A DNA stretch of 64,000 nucleotides from Camelus ferus (taxonomy: Eukaryota). The translations under genes were made by a program, and so were the position numbers. The notes beneath the pieces are model-generated. The model was given only the letters and a program-made list of their open reading frames with translations, made no database searches and had not been told where the DNA came from. The stretch spans positions 89,592,001 through 89,656,000 of the forward strand of contig NC_045696.1 of NCBI RefSeq assembly GCF_009834535.1, given 5' to 3'. This document shows, one piece after another, positions 1-13,010 of this stretch (position 1 is its first letter; the number at the start of each line of letters is the position of its first letter).

Positions 1-616
1 ATTTAGAAAATGCCATTTAACTGAATCTGTAGTGTGTGCGCATGTGTTTAACAGATGTCGCACTTTTCTTAGTTATTTTACCCTCCTGGACCCTGCGGGA
101 ATTTTAGTTTGCCATCTCACTAATATTTATGTAAGGCTTGATTGAAAAACATTTTTTGATTTCTTAAAGGATGTAATTCTTCCATTTTGACTATACTCCA
201 GATTGCCCCCAAATCAAAACCAGAATGCTGTACACCTAAACTGCATTATTTAGGTCCCCAAGAGAACTGTTTTTACCCAACTATGAAACTACTTGTTTTA
301 TTAACCCTAAGGATGTTGAATAAATTGTAATGTCACCTCTATGACAACACATCAAAGAGGTTTCCTTCAAGTCAAATTTTATCTTATAAGCATGTAATAG
401 ATCAGGTTTTGCTTTCTGCACTGGCTGTTAGAAAGGCAGGGCCCACGGCCACCTGCGTGGTTGACTTCTCGTAGTGCACATGATGTCGTGCTGGCACACT
501 GTGCATTAACTCTACCCCTGACTGTGTCTAACTGTTACTACCCTGGTTTTCTCTTCACCCAGATTTTGTCACATGTTAAGAAAAATCCTATTGTGTAATA
601 TTTGAAATCCATTTTA

Positions 617-795
617 TTTTTAAATTTTTTGTCTTTTTTAAATGTTTACTAAGCAAGTATTTTTACTTTTTTGGGGGGGGTAATGAGGTTTAATTAATTA
701 TTTATTTAATTTCCAGTGGAGGTACTGGGGATTGAACTCAGGACCTCATGCACGCTAAGCACGTGCTCTATCACTGAGCTATGCTCTCCCCACCC
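617..795 (-). mobile_element. tRNA-Ala-derived SINE (camelid Vic-1 type)
   Basis: Minus strand reads gggagagcatagctcagtgatagagcacgtgcttagcgtgcatgaggtcctgagttcaatccccagtacctcca (close to tRNA-Ala-AGC), followed by an A-rich tail. TSD ttgaaatccatttta (602-616) / ttgaaacccatttta (796-810). Confidence 0.9.
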
Positions 796-1214
796 TTGAA
801 ACCCATTTTAAATCCTTCTTATATTATGATGGAGAATAAATATTTAAATAAACTGCTTCACTTCCCCTGCTCTATTCCTTTTGTTATGTCTGCTAGACAC
901 CTGTTCCTCAGATCTCTCTGCCTCCACATGCTAAGGCATGTATCTGTGCCAATGTCTTAACAGACCAAGGCTATTCATGGTGTGCTCAGGATTCTGCAAT
1001 CTAACAAACATTCTAAAGATGCGGTCAAGTTGAAGAATGAGGCACTTTTTAGCAAAGACCAATTTGTTCAGTGATTATTACTGAGTACAAATCCCAGGAG
1101 CTACACATTTCTGTGTAAACCAAAGGGAAGACTCAGTCTTTTGGAAAAGCAAATAATTACACTTCTTTTGATGATATAAGGCCAGAAATATCTAGCATCT
1201 GCTCTTAAGCTAAC

Positions 1215-1500
1215 CTATTTTTTTCCTTTTTAATTAAACATTTTGTTTTGATTATAATTCATGTGCTGTTGTAAGAATAATATGAGCGACCTTCTGTACC
1301 TTTTACCTGGTTTGTCCCAATGGTATTTATTATTTTATAAAACTGCAGTACAATACCACATCTAGGACACTGGTGTCAGTACAGTCGAGACACAGAACGT
1401 TTCCATCACCACAAGAATTCCTCCTGTTGTCCTTTTACAGATGCTTCCTTCCCTCCCAGCCCCTCCCATGACAAACCACTAATCTTTTCTTCATTTCTAC
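1215..1500 (-). mobile_element. Old L1 (L1MC/MB-like) 3' fragment, interrupted by a younger L1
   Basis: Typical L1M 3'UTR motifs (cagaacgtttccatcaccacaag, aaaccactaatcttttc). It appears to resume as ttcatttcaagaat after 1960. Confidence 0.65.
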
Positions 1501-1502
1501 AC

Positions 1503-1953
1503 TTTCTTTATTTTTTCTTTTAAATTGAAGTATAGTCAGTTTACAATGTTGTGTCAATTTGTGGTGTACAGCATAATGTACATATATATATTTTCATTTT
1601 CATTATAGGTTACTACAAGATATTGAATATAGTTCCCTGTGCTATACAGAAGAAACTCGTTGTTTATCTGTTTTACATACAGTAGTTAGTATCTGCAAAT
1701 CTTGAACTCCCAATTTATCCCTTCCCACCACCTTTCCCCTCTAGTAACCATAAGTTTGTTTACTATATCTGTGAGTCTGCTTCTGTCTTGTAAATAAGTT
1801 CATTTGTTTCTTTTTTTAGATTCCACACATAAATGATATCATACAGTATTTTTCTTTCTCCTTCTGGCTTACTTCACTTAGTATGATGATCTCTCAGTCC
1901 ATCCATGTTGCTGCAGATGGCACTGTTTTATTCTTTTTTATGGCTGAGTAGTA
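1503..1953 (-). mobile_element. Young L1 3'-end fragment (5'-truncated)
   Basis: T-rich tail then ttgaagtatagtcagtttacaatgttg...gttccctgtgctatacag...ccatccatgttgctgc; the same 3'UTR recurs about 12 times in the window. Confidence 0.9.
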
Positions 1954-2774
1954 CCTACGTTTTTTTCATTTCAAGAATAGCTACTCTCTTGATGGCATAA
2001 AGGTTCATCACAGGTGACTGCACTACACTGGTAAACGGATCATCCTTCCCCGCCTCCCCCCCATTATCTGCCCTCTTCTAACCTATTCTGTGCCTGAGAA
2101 GGCTGGCCCATGAGGATTCCATTCCTCAGGCTCGCTTGTCCTCTGGCTTCCAATTGGGGTCATTGGTGGTGCTGGCAGAAGATGGAGGGCAAGGGGGAAG
2201 GGAAATGTAAGAATATTTCTCCCTTTGTGCCCACCTCTCACCCCTGTGAGGCCTGGGGAGAAGAGGAGGAGACAGAGAAGAAGAAAACCCACCACTACCA
2301 CCACCACCAGAGAGGAGACAGTGCTCAGATGAGGAAATGGACAGAGACCTTGGCCAGTTGAGGTGCCTGCCTTCAAGGGCTGACACCATCTCAGACAACA
2401 AATTAATCACAAATGACCTTGATGAACTGAAGATTAGGGAGGGGGAAGGAATCCAGTAATAACTGAGACTGAATTCCTTAATCTATAAAAAATATTCCTT
2501 GATCTGGGTAAGAGTAAGATTTATTTAGATTCAAAGAAAATTGTGGGGCTCCTTTCATAACAAGTTTGTGGACCACACTTCACACTTCCTACCATTAACA
2601 GTTTGCTGCTCCCGCCTTAATGCTGGGGTACTTAGTGTCCCCAATCTACTAGTTTGCAATTTAAAAGGCTTATGTTTTGTCTTCAGTGAATAAATTGTCA
2701 GCGTCACATCATGTCTATTTAATGGATTATAGACAAAGGTTAATGAACATTATGTATTGGGCTTTGGGTAAGCA

Positions 2775-3320
2775 TTTTACATCCATTATTTCTTTTATCT
2801 TAGCCAGCAATCCTCTGAGATAGATAATTTTACAGATATGAACCTTTAGGTGCAGAAAGCCTAAATAACCTGCCCAAGGACACACAGCTCACAAGTGAAA
2901 GATATGGAATTCAAGTCTATCTTTTAATAACTGGCCACATTGCCTTTCAAGGAGGCATATTGCCCCTCACCTGGAAATGGAGAGACGGGGCTGCTCCTTC
3001 CAATGGCGCTGAGTGCTCTTCCCTTCCCCTCCTCCTGGACAGCTCCTACACATCCTTGGTGTCTAGTCAGTCACAGCTCAGGGAGCCATTCTCACCCTCT
3101 TGTCCTCATAGCACTGTGGATTTCTTGTTTGTAACACTTGTCACCGCTGAAATTTATATTTGTCTGTGTGATTATTGGATCAATGTCTGTCTTCTCTCCC
3201 CTAGCCTGGGAGCTGCATGAGAGAGGCCATTCTGCTCCGTTATATCTCCAGCATTTAGAACACAATGCCTGACATATAGTGAGTGATCAATAGATGTTTA
3301 TTGGTTGATTGAATAAGTCC
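2775..3320. mobile_element. MIR followed by L2 3' end
   Basis: MIR core (ttttacagat...taacctgcccaaggacacacagct). L2 tail motif (cctgacatatagtgagtgatcaatagatgtttattggttgattgaat). Confidence 0.7.
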
Positions 3321-4734
3321 TTTTATCTTTGCTTTATACAATTATAGATTCTCAGAGTCAGCAGTCACCCCAGCTGCTAAGTATTCCACTCAGTCACCGG
3401 AAGCCTGGTGGAATCATTCTAACCAACCGATTAACCAACTGTTCTTAAAGCATCTTTGCATCACTCTGACTGCTAGTGCCATTGTTCAGGGGAGCATACT
3501 AATGAGCTCCAGTGCACCTCTCCCCCCAGGAAGACTTCAGTCAAGTCTTCTCTTCTTCAGGCAGCGTGGGTCCAGTGCCTTACATTATCCTCATATAATC
3601 ATTCTGTCCACATTCTTCTGAATGTGTGCTCATGTTCAGAACTCAGGATAGAAATCTGAACTTTAGATATGTTCAGAACAGATTTATTAGATCTTAAACA
3701 AAGATTATGCTAACTTAATCTCATTATGATCAATACAGAATTTGAAGAAATCTTCAACATCCATTTAAAAAATGGTGATGAAGGTAATTATTTAATCAGT
3801 GTCCAATGTTTCACAAGTGTCTGCACTGGGCCCCTCTCTTCCATGTCACTCTGTTCCCCCTGTTTCACTGGAAGCCAAGGATTCTCACCTACCCTATTAA
3901 GGGACTGGCAGGCGGCTTACAGGTATACTCAACGATTGGAAAGTGGGGGTTATTTATATGGGACAGTATGGATGGAATTCAGAAGCCTTAGTCTTGAATG
4001 TTCATAGGCTGGAGGAACCACAGGTGGCAACAAGGACATCGGTTGATAGAAGAAACAGCAAAACAGCTCTTCCATCTCTGCCTCATGCAGTGTTCTTTCG
4101 AGTGGCGATGATTGATCTCAGCTTCCTCGTCGTACCAAACTCCGGCAGTGCTGGGCAGTCTTCTGATGTTGACTGTCCTTGCCTCCACCAAACCTCTTCC
4201 CCATGGTACTTCACAGGTACCCCAGGTCAGGGCCTCTTCTCTTCCATTCCCTGACCCCTAGTCCTGTTCCATCTCTACACCTGCTGGTCCTCCTTGGGAG
4301 TGGTAGGGGCTGGTGGCTTGATCTTTCATCCAATCTCTTTCTATTTCTATGTCATGATCTCTGGGCTCTCAAGCTGTCCCTCTGATTCTCAAAAGCCTCT
4401 TTTGAAGTTTCACAGCTGAACATGTACCATTCTTCTATTTTATTCTCAATCTAGTTATTCCACTCTCTTTGAGACAATGTGATCAAATCAAATAAAGTTG
4501 GGAAAAGAAAAGCACAAAATTAATTTTTAAAGATATTATCTCATTACAGTAGAAGACATTGCAATGCTGCTAAGCCCTGTCTCTACGTGTGCCATTGACT
4601 TCTGGCCTCAAGAGCAGGATTCAAATATTTTTGAGTGGAGGTCTTTTTGGTGTTGAAGAAAGAGATTATTTTCTGGAAAGGAAATTTGCATTTTAATTTC
4701 CAGCAGAATTGCTTAATAAAAATAGCTTCTCATT

Positions 4735-5260
4735 AAAACATGTTCATTCATTCAAGAAACATTTATTAAGTTACTGCTAGGTGGCAGGAAGTTTGATTTT
4801 CCACTTTTCTGATTTAAAGAGAAGGTGTCTGGGAACCACAGGAATCAATCTTCTGACTGGAAACAAACAAGACAGTCTCTGTTCTAATGAAATGACATTC
4901 CAGTGAGACTTTAGTATGGAGATAGTCATCATTCAGTTATCCACGCAACATGTTTTCTGAGCCCAAGGTCAACCTTTGACACTAAATATATAGGAAAGAC
5001 ATGGCACCTGCACTCATTGTACAGTGGACAGATAGGCACATAAAACAATAATTACTTTACATTGTATTTAATGTTATTTGATGCAGACAAAGAAGGCCTT
5101 GGGAGAGGGAGTCATGGAGGACTTCCTAGAGGAGGTAAGGGTTGGGCTTCACTTGTAGGGATGGGTGGGAGCTTAAAAAGTGAGGAAACATGGGATGGAC
5201 ACTTCAGAACATGCAAAACACAGAGGCAAGAGCTGTTTGCAGAATGACAGTCTGCATGGA
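4735..5260 (-). mobile_element. L2 fragments
   Basis: ttcattcattcaagaaacatttattaag L2 tail and degenerate L2 body (ggaggacttcctagaggaggt). Confidence 0.6.
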
Positions 5261-5874
5261 TTTAGGGCAAGTAGAATGGCTTTTGTCCAAACACAGTTCA
5301 ACACACAAGAAAGAACTCAAGTTCTCTGAATTCCTGTGTTGCTTTTTCTTAAGAATCAAAACTTGACTGTGTAAGTGGATGCCATTCAAACGCTTGCTGT
5401 TCTGGATGAAGTGCATTATGCTGGGAGACACTGACCTTCAGAACTCTTTCAGGGCACCCGACAGCAGAGATGGGCTGGGGTTGGCTCCAGTAGTGAGATT
5501 GCTCGAGGATCCAATTTTTGTAAAATATTGTGGTAGGTCCTGCTGTGGGACTTCTAATTCAATCCTGGAGTTCTTTTGTGACATAATTTACCCATATCTC
5601 TGTGGTAGGTCAGCTACAAATCTTGGGCAAAAGCCACTCCAGGCTATTGGCCAATGTCACTTACTGTCAAGCTTTAACTCAACTTTTCCTCTGTTGTATG
5701 TTCTTAGATTAATAAGGGGGAAATGATTATGTAAAGAGAACATTTATGGAAGAAAATTTTGAAAAATAATTTCCTTCAATGCAAATCATTAATGGAGTAA
5801 GGTTTTTAGTCATTCAATCTATAAACACCCTGGAACTCTACTTGATCCTGCAGCTTAAGTTCTCGAATCATTTG

Positions 5875-6055
5875 ATTCTTTTTTGTTCTTTTTAACTGAA
5901 GTATAATTGGCTTACAACTTTGTGTTAATTTCTGGTGTACAGCATAGTGTTTCAGTTATACATATATATTCCTTTTCATATTCTTTTTCATTATAGGTGA
6001 TTACATGATATTGAATATAGTTTCCTGTGCTATACAGTAGACCCTTGTTGTTTAT
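5875..6055 (-). mobile_element. Young L1 3'-end fragment
   Basis: T-rich tail, ctgaagtataattggcttacaactttgtgttaatttctggtgtacagc...ccttgttgttta. Confidence 0.9.
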
Positions 6056-7189
6056 GGGTGATCCTCCGTCCTCGCTCCAGTCCAGGCAGAAAGGCACTAC
6101 ACTGGTTTCTAAGTCATTGGCTGAATTAAGATCAGAGTCATGAATTTGGCTCAAGTTCCCAAACAAGAGTCTCCTCCTTTACACCTCACCACTCAGAGAA
6201 TGGCAAACAGATTAAGAATAAATGCATGTACTTTGTCAATTATCTTGACGATTGTTTAAGAAAGAATTGCCATTTTTGTAAACAGAAATGCGAGAACAAT
6301 TTTATCATTGACTGGCTTTAACAAGTCTACTTGATAAGTCTACTTGTTTCAAAAGGTCATCACAGAGTCTCACTATACTTTGGTTCAGAAAATAATCCCT
6401 TTGTTGAACTGGAAAAAATATTTTAAAAGTTTTAAAATGTATAAGCCATGCGTAATAAAGTTTATGTAGTTGAACCTCGGAAAATTAAGTGCAGGAAGGC
6501 AGTCGCACTTTCAGTTTCACATGCTGTACTTGTTTTCTGAAAATTTCAATCCGAAACTAACACTGGGTTCTAAATTCACCTGCTAGGAGAAATCCGGGCA
6601 ATTCATTTTCAGTGCATTTTTTTCCCCTCCCAGAATTCAGCTTAGCTTCTTGCTCTTAGTGACTGGCTTTTTCAGGCATTAAGAGCTCCCCAGTAAGCGC
6701 CTGAAGTCAGGCCATGACCACACGGGCAGTCCCTTTAAAGATGTTCTCTGCTTAACAGCAAATATTTTTTTCCTTACCCATGTGCAACTCTTACATGTTA
6801 TATGCTGAAAAGATCTCAAAAACATTATAAACATGTAGGTTGCCATTGTGAACAAAATCAATTCAGGAACTACTCTTTATATTATAGAGTAATCTGGTTC
6901 AATTCACTGCACATAGTTTTATATATTTGGGACCTTTTCATTTTAACCAAAGAAACCTCAAGATTGTTCCTGACTGCTAAGGGTCTCCTGCAGCCTTATT
7001 AACTATGCTGGGTTTTGTATTTATTAAAATAATATTTTTTAGAATCTTGTCTTCAGATACAAAGAAGTATCAAGGCACAGCTTGTAAGTGCAGTGAAAGT
7101 GATCATTGGTATTCAGCAAACCACCTCGTTTGGGATTATCTGGTAAGGATGAGGGTTATAGGCTTCCGTTCCTCCAGCAGCCAGGCAGA

Positions 7190-7450
7190 TAACCCAATGT
7201 ATGCGAGGTAGGCTGGGTGCAGACTATGGCCACCCGAGGGGCACATGTCCCTTCTAAAGAGAGCAGGGCTTCTTAATTCTGGTTGACAGCAGCCATGAAG
7301 AAAAGTGAGTCCAAAATGCTGTACTCTCCTATTTGCTGACTCTGCCAGAGAGCCCTCAAACTCATATTTCTGTTTGAAATCTCTGGATTAAAAACAAAAA
7401 TGCCATGTGGGCCAAATGTCTTCAGGCTCCCTGTTGTCAACTTCCGGTAT
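7190..7450. mobile_element. Degenerate hAT MITE (MER102-like)
   Basis: gaaatctctggattaaaa...atgtgggccaaa...gttgtcaacttccg resembles the MER102 terminal region as recalled. Confidence 0.4.
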
Positions 7451-8619
7451 AAACTTGTATTAATTCATTGCTTTGCTTGTTTATGAAACAGACTAGGATT
7501 CCCTTTACTCTGGACCATGTCTTACCAATTTTGGTTTCTCCAAAGCCTTAAACAGTGCCTGGCACATCTTAGAGCACAAATATTTGCTATTAAACTGAAC
7601 TGATCTCTAGATAAATGAGGGTCTGAGAAGGTTTTTTTTTGTTTTGTTTTGTTTTTTTTGTTTTTTTTTTTTTAAGCACTGGACAAAGCTATTAAATCTT
7701 GTGGACACTTTGGAAAGTCAAACATTCACAGCTATTATAAACTGTGTCCATTCCGGGCAGAACATTCCTTTTAGTAATCTGCAGACTTTGAAGTTCACTT
7801 CTATGGATGTGTTTGTCAGGAGAAGATTAGGTTTCACTTTATGTACTTTCACGGAGAAACGATGGACAGAGAGTCTTAAATAATTTATATAAGAAAGCAA
7901 AAGGAACAGGCATTAAGTGAGATCTCATTATTATTTAGACTATCATAGTGTCTTTAGAAATATTATGACTGAATTAACAAATTACTTTGGTTTTGTGAGA
8001 GTTTACTCACAAAGTACGAACTGAGGAAAGCTTTCCTTTCCCCTTGGAACATGTAATAAAATGAAGAACTCAGGGATTTCTTCAGCTCCTCTAGTGCCTC
8101 TGAAAACTGCCATGATGACCTAAAGATCCAAGAACACTGACCAGCGGCACTACAATGATCACCTGGGGGTTTCAGTTTAGTTAGGAAATGAATTTTTATA
8201 ATTCCCTTTTCATTACTACAAGTAGGTAAGGTAAGCCCTCTCAAGCTCCTGCATTATTCCAAGTCAACACTGATTTACTTCCCAATTAGGATGTTTAGGG
8301 AATTTGTCAGGATTCTGCAGTGCCCTGACCTTGATGTGCCCAAGGCACGTCAAGCTGTGCATTTGGATAGGGGTGGGAACTGTTACTGTCTTCAGCCACA
8401 CTTCACAGATGAGGAAACTGAAGCTTAGACATGATAAGCCTGGGCTTCAGTCTAGATCAGTGTTCATCCAAAGAACATGCTGGTAACAACTATGCCATTC
8501 TGACACACTGCTGGAAGTCTTGCCCATCTCCCTATCACTCCTTCTCCTGTGCCACCTTATGTAAATAGTTCGTGTAAGGAAATAGGAGGCAAAAAAGATC
8601 AATCAGGATTAAGAGGGCC

Positions 8620-9660
8620 ACTACATAATCTTTAAAACACAAGAAAAATTACCCCCCAAATGGACAAATCCAGAATTGTAATCAAGGATTTAAAACTATA
8701 TGTTAAAGAATGATAGATCACATCAAAAATAAATAGAACCCTGTATATAGAAAAATTACTATCTTTTCAAATATTTACCATATGTTAGGTTATACAGGAA
8801 AATGAGTTTAAATATAAATTCTTATGGAATCAAGATTATACAAACCATTTTCTCTGATGACAGTGAAATTAAATATCAAATTATCAGTTAAAAATTCCCA
8901 TTTAGTTTGTAAATAGAATTTGTATCTTTTTTTTAGATTCCACATATAAGTAATATCATATAATATTTGTCTTTCTCTGTCTTATTTACTTCATTCAATA
9001 TGGTAATCTCTAGGTCCATTCACGTTGCTGCATGGCATTTCTTTCATTCTTTTTTATGGCTCAGTAATATTCCATCATATATATCTATTACATCTTCTTT
9101 ATCCAGTCATCTGTTGATGGACATTTAGGTTGTTCCCACGTCTTGGCTAATGTAAACAGTGCTACTATGACCATTGGGTTCATGTATCTTTTTGAAAAAT
9201 AGATACACAACAAGGACCTACTGTAGAGCACAGGGAACTATATTCAATTTCTTATAATAACATATAATGGAAAAGAATCTGAAAAAAATATGTATATGAA
9301 TGCATATGTATAACTAAATCACTTTGGTGTACACCTGAAATTAACATTGTAAATCAACTACATTCAATAAAAATTAAAAAAAAAATCTCATTTATATGAA
9401 AATTAAAAACCAGATCTAAGTAACTCATGGTGCAAAAAGGACACTGTTGACAGTGGGGAGGTTACATGTGTGTGCAGTCAGGGGATACACAGGACTCTGT
9501 ACTCTCTACTCAGTTTTGCTGTGAACCTAAACGTGCTCTAAAAATAAAGTTTATTAATATTTTTTAGAAAGGATACACACACACGGATTTTCACAAAGAA
9601 AACTGACAAAAATTTTAGAGTTGAATGACAATGAATGTGTATCAAATACAGAAAAGGGAA
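8620..9660 (+). mobile_element. Very old L1 ORF2 (endonuclease region) relic hosting nested insertions
   Basis: ttctctgatgacagtgaaattaaa and tgaaaattaaaaa...taactcatgg correspond to the degenerate FSDH..IKLE / WKLNN..NNSW region. A short L1MC-like 3' piece lies at ~9442-9570. Confidence 0.55.
8905..9385 (+). mobile_element. Young L1 insertion with 5' inversion
   Basis: Antisense L1 ~8905-9195 joined to sense L1 3' end ~9196-9385 with A tail. TSD aaaattcccattta (8891-8904) / aaaaatctcattta (9381-9394). Confidence 0.85.
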
Positions 9661-11159
9661 AAAAATCTAAAATTTCCTCTCTAAAAACATAAATAAAATA
9701 AAATAAAATTTCCTCTCTAGAGAGCCATGACCACTCTAGAAAGTTTGGTGTATATTCTAGAAGAATATAGCAAATGTTTACTCTGCCAAGCTTTGTGCTC
9801 AATATTATTACACTTAATTCTCATAGTATCTCTATGAGATAAGAACTATAATTATCTTTACTTTAAGATGAGGAAATGGAGTGATTAATTTGCACAAGGT
9901 CCAGCAGTGGGAATTAGCCTTACATTAAAATCTAGGTTTTCTGATTACCATACCATCCATATTGTCCAGACTGCCTATAACCTGCTTTTTTCCTCCCTCT
10001 TAATTTACTTTTCTGTTTCAATGCTGCATCTTTTTCAGTGAAAGTGTAGTATTTCCACCGTTACAAACAACAGAGCAATGGAAACCCACATACACACATG
10101 TACTCTGTTTAATTACTTATTTTAAATGACTAGAAGTTGTATTCTTATACCAATTGCTTATTTTTAAATTAACATCTATTAAATATCTCTTATTCTATAA
10201 TTTATTTCCTTTTATTTCTTGCCATTAATTTGTTGGAGAAAATGCATCATTTGTGGTTAGACAAACTGGATCTTGTAAAATATTCTATATTCAGGATTTG
10301 GCTGATGACTTCCTTGTGGTATCATTTAACTTGTTTCTCTATCCCCTCTATTTAGTATAAACTGGTAATTAACATGGAGGTTTGGCTAGATGCAGAGTCA
10401 TTTTTTAAAAAGCAAGAATACTTTACAAGAGCCAATTGCATTTTTCTGACAAAAGCAATCCACTTGATTTAGATGTTCTAAATCACCCTTTGTTATGATG
10501 GAAACCTTTCTAAAGAGTGAGCATGGTTGTCTCTGAGGGCTTCACCGTGTGAAACGAGATGATGGCCTGGAGAACACCAGCCCCAGCGACACTTGTATCA
10601 CCTAGTCGTGAGGATCAGGCACAGGAGATCTTTGCCTAGCACATCTCCACCTCGCCTTCCCTTCTCTGACCAAGTCAGAAAGCCTCTCTGTGTGCTTCTC
10701 ACGAGCCACTGAGAAAAGCTCCAGCACAAACTCCTTGCCACCTGTTTCCTGGAATCCATTTCCATTGTCCTATAGAAACGTTCACTCTATTTCCTTATGC
10801 CACCACCAGGTGCTATTTAAAGGAGAACTTCCACATGACCCTGCTGTACCCGTCCTTAGTGATGGAGCCGTAGAATTCTAAGACTCTCCAGGCTACCGAT
10901 GTCACTGTTCATTTTCCCATGTTCATTCTTGCCTCTCCCCTTGGACGTGATCTATCGCACAGCCTTACAACCACAACCGGAGCTGTCCTCAACACAATTT
11001 TAGTTTTCCCTCCCTTGCTCGCCTCTCAAGCCTGCATTTTCATGGATAAGCACCCCTGATGGCTTGCTCCATTTAACTCTCTCCTAACCCCTGAGCGCTA
11101 CCTGCTTTTACTGGGTTCACTCCAACCCTCAGAGTGGGAACCAGCCAGAAATCCCGATC

Positions 11160-11400
11160 TAACGTAGTGATTAAGAGCACAGGCTCAGGAGGCAGGCAGA
11201 CCTGGGGTTGAAATCAAGCCACTGCACTTTCTAGCTGCCAGGCAGTCAACATGTACCAGTGTAAGTTCCATCTTCTGTAAATTGGGGATATTGATATTTA
11301 CTATATGGGATTGCTGTGAAGATTAGAGGAGATAGAGCGAATACCTAGGCCAATGCCTGGCCCATGATAAATATCCGGAGAACGGAAGCACTGTTGTTAG
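11160..11400 (+). mobile_element. MIR SINE
   Basis: gtagtgattaagagcacaggctcaggaggcaggcagacctggggttgaaatc...catcttctgtaaattggggata. Confidence 0.85.
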
Positions 11401-11589
11401 TGCTTCATATCCCATGCTCATGCTATGTCTCCAGCCTTTTAGTTTCCACTGGGCATGGAGACATCGTCAGTAGATCCAAAAATGGTATTTACTAGAGAGC
11501 AGATATAATAAAATAATGAAGCAAAGTCAAATTTAATAAAGCCTACATAGTCTAAAGCAATAAAACGTTCCCAGGGTATAATGAAATAA

Positions 11590-11770
11590 TAAAACCATAG
11601 AGCTAGAAAAGGTCTTAGAAGTCACCAAATCCAATCCCTCACTTTACAGATGAGACCACCGAGGCCCAGACAGGCTGAACAACCTTCCCTAAGCTCCTCC
11701 ACCTACCGAACAGGTGCGCTGCAACATGCACTGGTGCCTGACTTTGGCCGGGATGTTCTCCACCACTGTG
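11590..11770 (-). mobile_element. MIR/MIR3 SINE
   Basis: tagagctagaaaaggtcttagaagtcaccaaatccaatccctcactttacagatgagaccaccgaggcccaga. Confidence 0.8.
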
Positions 11771-12609
11771 CGTACACTTGATAGCAACTCACTTGAGATT
11801 CATCTTTTGGCCTTGCAGTAATGACTAGGATTGCCATACAAAAAGAAAAAAGAAAAATCACTGAGTTGTCTCTCCTAGGTTTTCCAATGAAATGAAAGAA
11901 TCAATAGGAAAAAAAAAAAGAGAGAGACATGCTTAAAAAGTAGTGGGGACATATTTGTTCAGTAGTGGAACTGATATCCGGTGTTACCCTTGCTGATAGA
12001 CAGGGTTTGGTTGCAGAGAATGTGTTCCTCTACTTAAATGTTATGTTCACTAAAAGAACAAAATGATTCAAAGAGTTCCCTTTGAAAATAATTAGAAAAT
12101 TACCATGATAACACACAAGAGGAGTTTTGTTGTATCCCCCTATTGAAGATCTGTGAGGGGAGCAAGTGGAGGTTGGAAAGCAAGGCACCAAGACAGGCCA
12201 CGGCTGAAAGTAGGTTTGGGTGGTGCCAAACATGTGGTTTCGAGGTTGGTCTTTAACTTTCTCTTAATGTCTTTATCTCCTGCTAATTACTATGCAGAGA
12301 CAAATATGATTATCAAATTTTAATTGCACCGTCACAGACACTGTATAAATGATGATAATAAAATAGCATTTGCAATCTGCTTTGGTGATTTTTGGACTGT
12401 AACTGTGCCTTAATTTGTACAAATGAAATGCATTTCACTTGTCTTCGGAGTCGTCATTATTCTACCCAACTTTTTTTTTTTTTAGATTATTCATTCCAAT
12501 ACTGCTTTTCTAAAAACTTGGTTGGTGCATATTAATATCATAATAATTTTTATCTTTCAATATTTTACATTCAACAGTTTTTCCAACTAAACTTGGTTGT
12601 ATTTCACAC

Positions 12610-13010
12610 TGTTCATTCACTTATTCACTTATTAATTAATTCATTCAATAAAGTGATCAAACGTCTACTCTGTTTCAGGCTCAGTATTAGACCCTGGTGA
12701 TACAGAGATACATAATGCATGGCTCTTGCCTCACAAGACCTACAGTCTAATGGCATCACATTCATCCTCTCAGCCTTAATTGCAACCTATATGCTAATGA
12801 CTCTCAGATCGCTATTTCCAGACTCTTCTTCATCTTCTCCCCTGAACTCTAGGTCCACGCACCTTCAAATACATACCAGACAACTGTACTTGTTGTAAGG
12901 ACGCTTCAAAATCAGTGTGTCCCAAGCTGAGCTTATTTTCTTTCTCGTAAAACTGGCTCTCCAACCAAACATTTCCAATTACAGGAATGACACCCACAAT
13001 CACCCACACA
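12610..13010. mobile_element. L2 fragments
   Basis: ttcattcaataaagtgatcaaacgtctactctgtttcagg tail; tatgctaatgactctcagatc...tgtgtcccaagctgagctt body. Confidence 0.7.

Noticed and set aside
715..790. tRNA-Ala gene
   Set aside because: Mutated stems, attached A-rich tail and TSD show a SINE; the same applies to the copies at 29.1 and 37.3 kb.
3340..3700. Possible antisense CR1/L3 relic
   Set aside because: Only one short motif (agtcttctcttcttcagg) supports it; too weak without an HMM search.
6323..6346. aagtctacttg direct repeat as a regulatory or CRISPR-like repeat
   Set aside because: Only two adjacent copies; an ordinary short tandem duplication.
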